A stretch of 50,679 nucleotides of DNA, filler included, from Bipalium vagum (taxonomy: Eukaryota), in the NCBI GenBank assembly GCA_037834085.1. It is 3 parts of 3 records of this genome, joined end to end, with 100 filler letters (N's around TTAATTAATTAA, not from the genome) between each part and the next. Parts side by side here need not be neighbours in the genome. Positions count along the whole stretch, not along the records: positions 15,812 to 32,419 come from JBBMKC010103282.1; positions 32,520 to 50,679 come from JBBMKC010038704.1; 1 more part is not named here. One strand, written 5' to 3'. Within the stretch, counting starts at the first letter, position 1. Each line of letters starts with the position of its first letter. The translations under genes and the position numbers were made by a program. Below, piece after piece: positions 25,540-38,815 of the stretch. A model generated the notes under the pieces. It was not told where the DNA came from. It saw only the letters and a list, made by a program, of their open reading frames with translations, and made no database searches.

Positions 25540-26121
25540 GTTGTCAGGTTTTGCAAAAACGGACTGCTTTGATTTCTTTTGAAGAGCATGTCACAAATAT
25601 TGATACATTGAGTTAACTGAATTTCATTCCGTTTATCTGGGACTTAAATATCAAGGTTTTTTGAATACCAAAAACAAAATCAATAGTTGTTTTTGACAAA
25701 TCTAACTTCTTTGCTATCTCACGAAAGGTAATATGCCTATGATTTTCAATAATTGGCTTAAATTGATCTTCATTAGGGTGAACTGGCCTAGCAGAGCGTG
25801 ATTCATCTTGAATCGAGAAATTTCCGGAACAAAATTTCGCAAGTGCGCTCAGTTATTCCATCTTTAGCATAGACTCTATATAGTTTTCGAATTGTCTGAA
25901 GCTGTTTTGCCTTTTTTAAAGTAATAAAATGCAATAAATTTAAAATTTTCATTTTGATTTTATATTTTTAAAAATGCACCGCATAAAATTTATATAAACA
26001 AATTAAAATTGTTGTACAATATAGATATTATTATATGCTATAAAAAAATTACATTAACATACGAAAAAATTATTAACATCTTATATAATGCAAAATCGAA
26101 GACTTTCCGGTCGACCTAATA
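25540..26121 (-). mobile_element. Mariner 5' remnant with left TIR
   Basis: Minus-strand TIR TA|TTAGGTCGACCGGAAAGTCTTCG; FAKFCSGNFSIQDESRSARPV HTH-linker motif. Confidence 0.8.
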
Positions 26122-27084
26122 TAATTTTAACGATCTAATATATAAAATCAATTTATTTTTAGTTTAGCAACAAGTTCCTGCATGGTTTCGTTATCATTAT
26201 TCACGAATATTAGTAATAATATTAATAGAGTGAAATAAATAAAATAAGTAAAAAAATGAAAGAAATAGTTGAGCTGGCATAGAAACATGGCTACCGGACA
26301 CAAAGATCTAGAAAGAAAAATAAAAAAAATAAATAATAAAAATTTAAGATATAATTGTTAGTTACTGCGACGTTATCAACAGTTTCTGAATTCATAAACT
26401 CAAGATTTGGTAACATTTTTATTCGATGAAAATAATTGTATAGTTTAAATAAGTGTCCTCTTTTTATCCTTTATTTAAAAAAGTTAATTATCTAAAACTT
26501 TTATTAAAATTAATTTAATCATTTAATTTTTTAAAGAAATCTTTAAATTTATTAAAATTATTAAAAATCTTATTTTACATTAAGTAATAAATTTATTTTT
26601 AAAATTTATTTTAAAAATATTTATGATTAATATTTATTATTATTATATTATTATTATTTTTTATTTATTAAATATTATTAAGTATTGATAAAACTCAATC
26701 CTTACAATAATAAAAAATAAAAGTACTTTTCCACACAGAACAAATCTTAAAATAATAATGTATAAACAAAAACTTCTGGTAAAAACTATGTCAGTTGGAG
26801 ACAAGAAGTGTCAATCCACACATAGCAAATCTAAAAATTAAAACGAGTGTTGGTTGAGTAGAAGAAAGATAATATAAAACTTTAATGATAATAAATTTAA
26901 ATAATAAAAGATAAAAATAAGATAAAGATAAATAATAATAATAATATTAAACACAAAACAAAGATAATAATATATAAATAATTTAAAGTAAATATTGTTG
27001 AGCTTTGCGGTGCAAAAAAATCTCACAGAATTATTATTTGATCTCTTTCTATTCAAGACCAATATTTGGATTCTTGTTTTACGT

Positions 27085-27087
<3 letters not shown>

Positions 27088-27153
<66 letters not shown>
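27088..27153. repeat. (AAT)n microsatellite at the 5' part of the LTR-like element
   Basis: Read directly; it is the source of the spurious poly-N ORF. Confidence 0.95.
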
Positions 27154-27157
<4 letters not shown>

Positions 27158-27884
27158 TAATAATTTTAGCTAATTAAAAAGGAAAAAAAGCAATAAATTA
27201 TTTTTTTTAGGGATCTAATCTTGACAATGGCGAACCTAAATTGCCAAGATTAGAAGGGTGCGCAAGGAGAAACCGATTTATGATTAATGATTCTAAAAGG
27301 GAATTGACATTTCCCATTAATAAAATTGGTCTACGACTGATTAGTCGTCGATCAAAATACTATATAAGGAGAAGGATTTTCCATAATTTCGCCCTCAACT
27401 AGCAGACGACAAAAACTAGATTCTTGAAGACTATCAGTTATTGTCATTCAGAGACCATTATCAGTTATTCGGTGAACTACAAGTATATTTTTGTGTTTGG
27501 GATTGTGTTTGAGTTCCCAACCAGAGCGACTGTAAAGGCTCAGCTGATAGTCCGGGAAGCTTAAACGAAACTAACCTGTAAGCTCGTTTATTTTATTTTT
27601 TTGTCTTAACATTTTACTCTAAACCACTATTTAATATTATAATTCGATTATTGAATAACTTTAAGTATTTTGTTTTAATTTAACTTTTGTATTTGACTGA
27701 TTATTCAAGACAATTGCAGGCATTTCAGACCTTATTGCGATCCCTTTCTCTTAAGTTTGACGATTTTGTGTTATTGTTACCACTGTGATTTCGTGTGAGT
27801 TTTGTGATATAAATAAAAATATTGCTTTTCTGATTGTTTTATTTTTGCACCCCTAAGAGTTAGAATCAGGTTTAACTTTGATAC
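27150..27884 (+). mobile_element. LTR-like element (solo LTR?) related to 19435-20057
   Basis: Aligns with the reverse complement of 19750-19975: GATCTAATCTTGACAA..TTGCCAAGATTAGA, TCTACGACTGATTAGTCGTC, TATATAAGGAG. AATAAA near 27812; possible CA end at 27884. Confidence 0.6.
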
Positions 27885-28119
27885 ACTAAAAAGTGAACAA
27901 CAATAGTAATAATAATAATAATAATAATAAACGAAAAAAATATTCATAATAAATAAGTAAATTGGTGAATTTTCACATCGATATTTAATTTTTTATTCAT
28001 GAATGGCGGTAATTTTTTAGTTCAAATTTCATAATTCTAAATGATCTCCAATACCAGTGTGGTGAGTTTGTAGGTGAGATAGAATCTGATATTGCGCGTA
28101 TACTGGTTCAATGGTGATA

Positions 28120-28567
28120 GTCGAGGCGGGTGACGTATTTGTTATAACTGCTGATTTGCACTTGCAGTTGGATATCAAGCACTAGGTTGCCTCAAAATAT
28201 ATAGAGGCAGCGAACTGTTTACGGAAAGTTAATCCGACTGAAGCTGTTAAAAATCTTTTCAAAGCCATTGATATTTAAACTGAGTCGGAAAAAATTACCA
28301 TCACAGCAAAATACCATACTGCTACAGAAGAGATTTACTAGGAAGAGATGGCAAACATTGAAAAATGTCAAGATCAATAATTATTTTGGAGAACAGTCTT
28401 TTGAAAATGGCAGAAATTAAAATGCAATTGGAAGAGTTGAGGGAATGTTCGGTTGAGAGTAGGTGTGTTTAATATTGGTTGACTTGGTCGAACGTTTACT
28501 GGTAGATGAAAAACAAGAGGGATATGCTGGATAGTAGATACACGATAAATCATCGCCGTTGATCTGA
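28120..28567 (+). pseudogene. NAPA: alpha-SNAP (NSF attachment protein) pseudogene fragment, intronless, with stops and deletions
   Basis: EAGDVFVITADLHLQLDIKH*VASKYIEAANCLRKVNPTEAVKNLFKAIDI*TESEKITITAKYHTATEEIY*EEMANIEKC, then NSLLKMAEIKMQLEE, aligns by eye with alpha-SNAP [81 protein letters not shown]...NKCLLKVA. Stops at 28183, 28276, 28339. Confidence 0.82.
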
Positions 28568-29092
28568 CATTGAAGAAATATATTGATGAAAATATTGAAA
28601 AATTTATATAGTTTATGATATTATTTCAATTGGATTATTTTTTTTAGAAAAAGTTAGATTTTATTTTGTTTTATTTTTATTTTACCATAACGTTAATATT
28701 AAATAATTTCAGTTAATTATTAATATGATAATAATAATAAAATTATAACAAATGGAAAAATGCTAAATTATAATTACCACTTTTTCATATACAAAAATAA
28801 ATATTATTTTTCATTGATGACTTTTAGGAAATCTAATCCATTTATTAATTCAGAACACCTTTGGGCAGAGTTGAGTAATTAAAGCTCCCGGATTGACATT
28901 ATTCTAATGGAAAGAGGAGCGGATGGATCACGAAGAGATGAAGAACTTGTGGAGTTTTGTATTGAGAGCAGCTAAAGTCAATTATTCAGCTCATTGACTA
29001 AGGTCTGGTTGAGGTGGATAATTGAAAGCTCCGGGTTTCTGCTTAGGCAAAACCAGAAGAGAGAAAATAACCCTGCAATGATTAGTGATTAG

Positions 29093-29145
29093 CCAATGGA
29101 GGAAAACTGGAGAGTATATAAGCACTACCTGATTCTCCGCAGTCA
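29093..29145 (+). promoter_or_regulatory. Pol II core-promoter-like cluster: CCAAT, TATATAAG, Inr-like CAGTC
   Basis: CCAAT 29093-29097; TATATAAG 29115-29122; CAGTC with its A at 29141, 26 nt after the TATA start. Confidence 0.3.
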
Positions 29146-30809
29146 AAACAAAAATCCAGCCAAACAAAAATTGAGCAGGAAAAAAGCCAGAACAAAATTG
29201 AAGCAAGAGAACAAATTCAAACAGAACAAAAATTAGAATTAATCCAAGAACAAGGACAAAAGAGAATTGATTCAAAGTGATATTATTTTGAAGTGACTTT
29301 TCTTTTGTGGTGATTTGAACGAACCATTTTGGAATTTAGAGTCAGAATTAAATTCAGCTTGATTAATACTTTTTTAAATATTAACAATATAAAAATTTAA
29401 AATTAAGATATTTGAAATTGACAATTGTAGGATCACTTTATTAAGGATTTATACGTTATTAAGTGACAATAAGATGCCACCAGCACAAGGGGGTACATAG
29501 TAAAAATTAGTTGAAAATCATAATTTTTTCTTTCAAAATTCTAACTTTCCAGTTTTTTAGAATTAAGTTACTTCGAAAAATTATCGAGTTTATTACAACT
29601 CACAGCAAAAATAAAATTTTTTTTGTTATTATATTCACTTAATATATTCACTTAATTTAATTAATTTTACTACGCCAAACGTGAATATTATTTCCTGTTT
29701 CTGCTTTTGTCTAATAAATCTCCCAGCTTCTTATTTTATTATAATTTTCCTAGAGTTACGGTTTGGTGAATTAGTCATCCAACTCGTTATTTTTACTACA
29801 GGGCGTTTACACTCTACCTAATAGATAAATTAAAATTGTTATTTGGTCAGAAGATTTTTTAGGTTTTCAAGCAAATATAATTTATAAGAGTTATCTTTTT
29901 TATTTATTCTCATATTGAAAATTCTCATATTATTTATTCTTATATTATTTATTCTCATAATGGTAAACTTAATCACATTATTTGGAGTCAGATTAAAAAG
30001 ATAAGAGGCATTTCACAAAAGTTTACATTATATATAGTGGTTTGAAAGTGTCTCCCTTGATTCTCCACATCTTTTTAAAGTTAAAGAATTATAATCACAA
30101 ATAAATCGGTTTTATTTTGAAAACATACATGTAATCTTAGTCATGGTCATCATTCCTCTCAACAAAAGAATATTTTAAATAAAATATAAAACTAATTATA
30201 TTTACTAACAATATACCATTAACCTTGAACTTGTTGCATTCCATGGTTCAATGTAGATAATTATTTAAGTTTAGCTGACTTCTTGAAAAGATTTTGATTC
30301 TTGAAAGCTCTCTCTTTACCTACAATTGTGATTTCTCTAACTGTAGTAGTTTAAAATTGAAATTCGTTAATCAAAGTTGTATTGTTAAAGGTCGCATGGT
30401 TTTTGTGGTGAATTTTAGTCAAAAAGAGTCGGGTATTTATACTTGCTCTAGTACCCTTTGCTCACTGAAACAAAATCTTTTTATTTTCCGTCAATTTAAT
30501 TAACTTTTTATTTTACATAATTTTGAATTTAAAATTTTTGAATAAATTCTATGGATATTTCTTAAATTGTTAGATCTGGGTTGTAATAATAATGAGAATT
30601 AACAAAAATTCAAAGTTTTTAATATATGAAATTGAATTACTTATGTTTATAATTATCATTATGGTTTAGAATTATCGAGATTTTCTAGACTGGTGAAAAT
30701 CAAATGAAAATTATTTCTTAAATGTAAAAGTTATTTCAGTTTTTATGTTTTTCTTACTGAAATAATTTTAATTTTATATAAAGTTATCATCTTTTTTGTT
30801 TTAATTTTT

Positions 30810-30822
30810 GTTGCTTAACAAC
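30810..30822. promoter_or_regulatory. RFX X-box-like motif upstream of a ciliary gene
   Basis: GTTGCTTAACAAC (reverse complement GTTGTT-A-AGCAAC) fits GTHNYY-N-RGYAAC and lies about 80 nt before the CFAP119 ATG. Confidence 0.5.
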
Positions 30823-30900
30823 ATAAACTGATGAAATTTAATTAAAAATTCCAATTAATTATCACAGTTTTTACCTTTAATTCTATTATTTTAGTTATTA

Positions 30901-31558
30901 ATGGGAAAACCAAGGCTTTTGTTGTGGACAGATATTACATTATCACAAATTGAGTCTATCAATAATATACAAGACAATGATATCTTGAGAAGTCATTTAT
31001 TGAAATTATTTGATGCAGGCTCATACGATTCTGAAATAAAACAAGAAATTGTAGTAGACTTATTTTTCTATGCATTTAAGTTCTGCAGAGCGAAAAACTT
31101 TACCGAGGAGCAAACTTCTGTTTTTTTATCATTGATATATAACATACACAAATTAAATTCAGGTTATTGATTAAGCTATACGAAAAACCACGTAAAAGTT
31201 TTCTAGAAACATCCTTCGATAATTCGGAAGAAGTTTTCCGATTTTTCAACGAATGTCTTTTGCTCCATTCCGTTCACGTACCTTTTTAAATATCTACTCC
31301 ATTTAGATAAAAAGTACTATTAACAGAGACCTCCTTTCAGTTTGGAAATTTTCAATTCGGGTGAATTCAAAACTGTGTCCGATTACGTTTTGGACACATA
31401 TTTCAGACATTTCAAGATGTACAAATATGCATTCACTCCTGAAGTAAAGTTCTCAGGTAAAGGTTTTTGATTAGTCTCTTGTATCTTTTAGGTCGTCCTG
31501 GATTTGAACATTGATTATCCCAACATTAAACAGGAACCAATTCATTTGAGCGAAGATG
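30901..31558 (+). CDS. CFAP119: Cilia- and flagella-associated protein 119 (CCDC189) homolog, 5' part; exons 30901-31162, 31207-31277, 31327-31443, 31492-31558
   Basis: Spliced protein ...DLFFYAFKFCRAKNFTEEQTSVFLS...ETSFDNSEEVFRFFNECLLLHSVH/RPPFSLEIF...DYVLDTYFRHFKMYKYAFTPE/VVLDL matches the family motif RPPFS...YFRHFKLYKY.FTP. GT-AG introns of 44, 49 and 48 nt keep frame; donor GTGAGT at 31559. Confidence 0.9.
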
Positions 31559-32419
31559 GTGAGTTTCTTTTTGCTCGGCTTATATACTGGATTATCATTG
31601 ACGAAAAATGGTCAATGTTTTCCTCATCGTAAATTATAAATAAAAAAAGAAGATTTTTCCAAACAACCTCGCGTTTTTTAATTTTTATTTGATCTTTATC
31701 CCTTGAATAAAGGTCTTTTTGATATAACCTCAACTTTTCCAAAAGACTTTTATCTGCTTTTCTGATGTTATCGTTAGAAAAAGATCGTTGAAAATATCGA
31801 GCAATGTAACGACCAAAATTGATTGAGTAAATGTGAACACCTTTTGGTTACCTTTCATCTAATTATTTATACTTAAAGCTTTCAAATTGATGATAGAATT
31901 TAATAAAACCATTGGACTATCGATCACTAACTGAAATCGATTTATCCATAAATATAGGAAATATTAACTGTTATTACCAGTTGTGATCAGCAAACTCAAA
32001 ATGGCGCCCCTTTCCATTTCATATGGAACATGTCACCAGTGCGTGAAAATCGTAATAATTGATTGAATTAAGATTTGAGAAGTGGTGGAAATTTTTTCTG
32101 TTCAATCGAAGAATACTCGAATTGATCTGAAATATTGATTTATTTACGTGGTCCGAACTAATAATTAGTGAGATAAAAATTGTCCCATACCAAATCTTTA
32201 GAATTTCAGTAAATATTATATTCATATTTCAAATGATCTTCGCAATCTGTAATTTTATTTTCCAAAGATTGATTTTGTCTTTAAAACGCAAAAGTGTTTA
32301 CAGGCATTTGAAAACATTTTCTGAAAAATAATCCACAAAATTTGAAGAAAAATGTCCACAATAATATTAATAGAAATTAATCTTTTGCCTTTAATTTATT
32401 ATTATTATTATTATTATTA

Positions 32420-32519
32420 NNNNNNNNNNNNNNNNNNNNNNNNNNNNNNNNNNNNNNNNNNNNTTAATTAATTAANNNNNNNNNNNNNNNNNNNNNNNNN
32501 NNNNNNNNNNNNNNNNNNN
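32420..32519. other. Artificial contig linker (44 N + TTAATTAATTAA + 44 N)
   Basis: Identical to the linker at 15712; flanked by (ATT)n on the left and (AAT)n on the right (32520-32590). Confidence 0.95.
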
Positions 32520-32590
<71 letters not shown>

Positions 32591-33621
32591 TTTTAATCTA
32601 GTGAACAATAACATTTTATAATTCAAATACACTGTTTAACAACAATTTTTGATCAATCAAAATTTTATTTCTAATACTATCTTGATACATGTTTCGATCT
32701 TTTCATTCAAATCTTTTTCAGCCAATTTTATTATTCTTTTTAATTATCCTCAAATGATATATTATAATTATATATATCATTATAATTATATCATTATATA
32801 TATCATTATAATTATATATATTATAATTATCGTTATTATTATTCAATAAAATTTAAAAAAATGTTAAACATGACTAATATTAAAATTCAAAAATTACTAT
32901 TTTTAGTTTTTTATATTTTCTTAATTTTTTTAATGCATTCCAAAAATTTCCGAATGTTATATACTATATATTTATTTATATTATATATTATATATATTTA
33001 TATAATATATTTATTTATATTATATATATTACTGATATATATTTATATAAAATACTAATTAAATATCTTAATTACTTCGTTCACAAAGACTTTGAGAATG
33101 TCCTTTACTTAATCCAAGATGAATTATAATACTACATTTAGATTATTACAAAATAATATTTATATTCAATGCCAAAAACAAAAGATTCCTTTTATGTCTT
33201 TTTTAAGGAAGTCTTATAATAACTTTTGAAATAAATTGTTAAGAATAATCCATTTTACCTGATTATTTAATTAACATTTGATTATTTAAAACAACTCTAG
33301 ATGGAAAAGAGATAATTGCAATAGTTTGCATATAAAATAACACACAATAGCCATCCAATTAACGTTAAATATATTTTTATTTCTTTTATTAGTTATTAAT
33401 ATTATTAATATATTTTTTAAGCAATCATTTATATTTTATTATTATTTAAAAATTACATTTGGTTAAAAAGTTTTCAGTTTAATTGTTTTAATCAATTTAA
33501 AAATATACTGGAAATGCAATTTTACTTTTTATAATAGGTTTTTTTTTATTGAAATTTACTCTTCTATAGTATTAAAAATAATAAAAATCACATTAAAATT
33601 TAATGAAAATCACCCTATGTG

Positions 33622-34842
33622 TCAGGTAACTAAGAAAGTAGTATGAGATTTTGTGTGACCATATTAAAAATCAAATAAAGACAAATAAATGAACATAAAC
33701 TAATTTTTATTCATTAAAATAATCGCCATTTAAATCATTAACACTTTAAAACAAAAATTATTATTAAAAAAATCATATGTATACAATTATAAAGTTTAGA
33801 GTCTTTCAAGGCAGCACATTTGTTAACTTCCATTTCAATTTCTTGTCTATTTTTGAATTGTTGGTTTCGAGAATTATTTTCCAGAATGAAAAAAAAAGAT
33901 GATAATCTGTAGAAGAAATATCAGGAGAATATGGTGATGTGCCAGAATTCTCCAAAGTAATGATTTAATTTTCTCTCAAATGAGTTTTGCGATTATTTTG
34001 CATTACAGTGTAACAATATCTTTTGTTGAAGCAAAAAATCTTTTACTCTATCTATTTCTTTTACATACAAACCAGCATTGACGGTTGCACCCTTATCAAG
34101 AAACTCGTAGTGATGAATGTTACATTCCACCATAAGCTTCGAAATATGATTAGTTGTTCTTGGAGTGTGTGATATGGAGCAACCACATATCTTTTGGCAA
34201 CAACCAATGATGACTTCACTGATTATTGATAAAGTAAATCCATTTTTCGTCACAGGTAACCAAGAAGTCCAAGATGGTATTTCACCAAATGGCTAAAGAT
34301 TAGAAAAACATAGTGTTAGTCTGTGAAGCTTGTTCTTCTGTTAAGTAATGTGGGACCCACTTGGGCAATTTCCATGATTTTTCAATTGCATGAAAATGTA
34401 TGCGACATGTTTCATCACTTACTCTAACTCTTGACATTAAAGTTTGGAATTTTCCTCAATATTTTGTTAACTTTTTGTCATTAATATCTGATGGTCTCAA
34501 AGAGTATTGTGTATCTTCTAGTGACTCATAACCGTTAATTTATTTTCAAAAAAGGCATTATATCCAACGCTAGTCATATCGTACGAAATGCTTCTGAAGA
34601 GTTAGAGCCGAGCTTGTATTCATAGAGCAAATATGCTCTGATTAAATTTTTATCAATAAGCATTTCGATTTGAATAAAATGCATAATTTTTTTACAGAAA
34701 TTGATCAATTCAAACAAAGTTAATAAAGACGAAATATGAAATTTCATTATAAAACCATTTTCTTTTTAAAAATAAAAAGACGATTTCAGAAACTTAATCC
34801 ACAAATATAAAAAAGCAACACAAACTTTTTTGTTTACCCTGA
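33622..34842 (-). mobile_element. Near full-length decayed mariner (about 1.2 kb) with both TIRs
   Basis: Ends TCAGGTAACTAAGAAAG / CTTTTTTGTTTACCCTGA. Minus strand: MLIDKNLIRAYLLYEYKLG, WVPH, IHHYEFLDKGATVNA, LLHCNAK, YSPDISSTDYHLF. Confidence 0.9.
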
Positions 34843-36079
34843 TATAATATATTTATAACAAATATATTTAATAATATGGAGACATAATAATGTATAGCTA
34901 ATTATAATAAAATATATCTGATTAGAGAATATTGTGGAAAATGTTTAAACCTCTGAATCGTGGTAGCATTAAAGTTTAATAATTGTTCAGCCATTTAATC
35001 AGTTTTATTATTTTTATTTATTCACTATAAATTTTAATTAATATAATGTGATAAAAGGTTTTTTTATAAAACGGAAACTTTTGACTTTTTATGTCTCAGA
35101 TGATATTTGTTTTAATTTCTGAATATTATACTATTATTTGAATATTTTTTTTTAATTCAAAAGCATAGAAAAATGACACAATTATCACTAAAAAATTAAA
35201 AAAGATGATTATGGAATATTTTGTACAAGATTTTTACACTTAAGAATCATTTTCAATTATTGTAAATATTTATATACTTAAACAAAAGTCTAACCTTAAT
35301 ATTCCCAAATTTGTTTTAATGATAAGAATAATCAATTTATTAAAATTAAAAATTCATTTTGGATCATAAATTCTAAAATGAATTTTATTCATTTTGTTAA
35401 ATTTAATGTTCACAATTAATTAATAATATATATGTATAAAGACGACCTTGTTTTATTTTGATATTCGATGAAGAGGAGTGCAATCAATGTTAAACAATAA
35501 TGAGGAGTTAGAACTGGAAAGGGATAAAATATTCATTTTATAATCTAAAATGGACATTAATGACTCCGGTTCTTTTTGATATTATAATAAATAATTGATA
35601 AAAGCTTAAATAACGGAATAATGAAATAATAAATATTTAAATTTTTACCGGTATTCGTAACAAAGGAAGGATTTAACGGCGCTAATATATGTTTTATCTT
35701 CTTTTTAATAGTTCTCGAAATTATTTAAATATATAAAATCTCTAGAGATAATAGTCAATATTCAGAATCATAAGTTAGCATATCACATAATCAATTTATA
35801 TTATGTGATAGAAGTAACTGATTAAAATATTTTAATGATAGTAGTAAAATCCATAGAATAAATGTGGAACTATTATCAAGTTTTTTGTTTTCCACCAAAG
35901 TCAGAGCAGATAAGTATTACTTCATGATTAGGATTATGGCCAAGAGCATCTGTTCTTAATCGAAGCTAGATTTGGTAGGACGATAAAATAGGCGGTAGAA
36001 AACAAAGAGTGCTAAAACATTGCGAATCAAGGAAAATTCCGCGTTAGAGACAATTATATGAGTTCGAAAATGCACTTAT

Positions 36080-36790
36080 AGCCAACAAATGAAACATTGG
36101 TTGTACTCATCTAAAGAAACACTAAATTTTAACAGATGGTAAGCCAATTAATATCTACTCTTTTAGGCAGCCGATGAATCTGGAAGCTAAAATCAATGAA
36201 GCTATTCAGAAATTGTATGAGAACGGCATAATTAGAAATTTCATTCATCTTGGAATATGCCGATGGTCTGTGTATAAAAGAAGGATAAGAGAGAGGTCAG
36301 ATTATGCTTGAATTTCAGGCAGTTAAAAAAATTACAGAGAGACCGGCATTGCCCATGCCTAATGTAGATGAACTATTGGATTAGTTGGAAGGCGCCAAGT
36401 ATTTAAGTTCCATAGACCTGGGAAATGCGTACTACCAGGTTGAGTTAAATATAAAACTGCAAGATCACACTCGCTGAACACCCATGAAAGAGATCACTGT
36501 GCAAACATTTTTTTTATTTTTGCAAACATTTTAATTATTATCTATACGGGAGGAGATTCTTACTCAGAACGTATCACAAGGCAATAACTTTCATGTTGGA
36601 AACAAAAATACGATAGCAGCATAGTTACAGAACTGGTTTAATTATCTAAGTGGTTTACATATACAATTGGAATATTGAAAAGGAGAACTACATGGCAACG
36701 CAGATATCTTATCGAGAGAATGTTAGACATGCATACAATAACAGACAAAACACAAGGATGCTAAGTTGAAAAAGATTAAATGTGAGTCAT
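36080..36790 (+). mobile_element. Ty3/gypsy pol remnant (RT N-terminus plus RNase H), internally deleted
   Basis: KPINIYSFRQPMNLEAKINEAIQKLYENGIIR; PMPNVDELLD*LEGAKYLSSIDLGNAYYQV; GRRFLLRTYHKAI; KGELHGNADILSR. Confidence 0.88.
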
Positions 36791-36809
36791 CTGTTAACTT
36801 TTAATAAAT

Positions 36810-37060
36810 AAAACAAACTACAAGCTCGATTTTACTTCATCATTCTTGAAAAATCTTTTACCTATAAGGAAGTGTTGCAAAGGTCGAAAAAGATAATAAT
36901 CTGATGGCGAGATGTCAGGCCTGTTGGGTGGATGAGGCAATAATTCATAATCCAACTCACTGATCTTTTGTTGAGTAACTATAGATGTGTGAGACAGCGT
37001 TATCGTGAAGGAGGATATCAAATTTTCTATTAACTAAATCTGGAATAAGCCAGTCGGTCC
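36810..37060 (-). mobile_element. Mariner transposase C-terminal fragment
   Basis: ILLHDNA...TQQKISELDYELLPHPPNRPDISPSDYYLFRPLQHFLIGKRF. Confidence 0.88.
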
Positions 37061-38269
37061 AATTCATACAATACAGTTGGTCAAATTCACACAGTAGATA
37101 GAGTCTAATATGTCTTATCTGTAGCCATATTTTGATATTTAAAAATGCATCTAACAACTATATTGGTTAAACATATAATCGATTAAATATTCACCTACAA
37201 ATTAAATCTAATTTTATTTATAAGCAACTAATTTAATATGAAATAAGCGCGATTAAGATGTCACTTGCAAAATCACCGGTTTCTTCTCAATGCTCCCAAT
37301 AGAAAGATCAAATGAAATAGTGAAGTTATCGATCTAATCACTATTTTTAGAATTTGAATAAATCTTACTACAATAGAGGAATAGAAAATAAAAAACTATA
37401 GATAAGCAATATGAATTTATGTACTTATCTATAGTTTTACACTTAAATTGAAAAATAAGCTTTTTATGTATATTTTATTTCCTGTTTAATTTTATAGGAA
37501 CTTTTTTATAAACCAATAATTTGCTTGAATTAAAAAAAAATAATTTTTTCAAACTTAACATACATAGAATAATTAGTTTTAATTAAAAATATATATTGAA
37601 ATAAATTGAAAATAACAAAAAACCCAAAAAACAGCCATTTTTTTCGAAAAATTTACTAGCGAGACATTTATTCATTTAACTAATCAATCAAATAATACAA
37701 AAAATAATAGAAAATTGAAATATTTCAACAATTCTTTGTTCCCCTGTGAAAAGAAAAAACACGTGAATAATAAAAATGTGAAAAATCATTTAGATTAATG
37801 AAGCTGAAATTTCGAAAATAACTTCATTTGATGCTCAAAATTGTAATATTGATAATAATTCATATATTCACATTTTTAACTAATATTAAAAAAAATTTAA
37901 TCTATCGATGTCTATTGTGATATTTACAAAGTTGGTGCATCAGTATTTTTGTATTAAAAAAAATTAAAAAGCATTTATTATGAAAACTATTAAGTAAAAA
38001 GCTAATTTTTATCAAATGAAATCTTTTTTTAATCTTTTATAAGAACCAGATTTACACGATTTTACAAGCACTACTGTAGATGAAAAATTTCAATTAGGGA
38101 ATTCCACAAAGATTAAAATAAAAAGTAACCTGATGGAAAATTATATAAGAAAGTTTTAAATATTTTTGTTTATATATATGAGCTGCATAAATAGGAGTTC
38201 AATTAAATTGCATATTTCACGTTTATTCGTTTCAGGATGTTTTCTATTTTTCGAATCTGAAATTTGTAA

Positions 38270-38815
38270 TGAAAAGCACGTGATATACTAAATAATTTAA
38301 AAATTTCAAGTCAATAAAGTAATTTTGCTTATCAAAAGTCTGTGTGTACCTATGAATAAGAAGCAGTTCAAAATCGTAAAGTTCAAAGGTTATCCATTTC
38401 CAGAGGAAATATGACATTGAAATATGATCCACGTCACCAGACATGAGTTGATGAAGATTTTTGAGATTATAAAGGCATAAAATTCGTTGTAGGTGACAAG
38501 AGAAATTGTAGCAGTGTCGATACAAAGACATTGAAAATCACAAGATTCTGAAATACATTGAGAAAATCTGTAAGTTGACTCCTGATTTTGATTTCCAAAA
38601 CGCTTAGATGTTTGCCCCTCTCTATTCACTGGAGAACAAAATAACTCTTTCCTTGATCGACTGAAAACTGGTGATGAGAAATGGATTAGATACAATAATT
38701 TTATACGGAATAACGAGTTTATTGTTTATCTGAATGTTATGCTTTGAGATCCACTCAATTACTTCAAAGTGAAACCATCACTGCTAAAGTTTACTGTGAT
38801 TAGTTGTATTTATTA
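38270..38815 (+). mobile_element. Mariner transposase N-terminal/central remnant
   Basis: SRGNMTLKYDPR...VDED; RLDVCPSL...FLDRLKTGDEKWIRYNN; ETITAKVYC. Confidence 0.75.

Noticed and set aside
26838-27177. Poly-N and I/Y/F-rich ORFs (also 24405-24779 and 32649-33058)
   Set aside because: Translations of AAT microsatellite or low-complexity DNA, or antisense to piggyBac.
31452-31465. Alternative donor CAG|GTAAAG inside CFAP119 intron 3
   Set aside because: It would shift the frame and leave a 35-nt intron; the upstream donor preserves the conserved protein.
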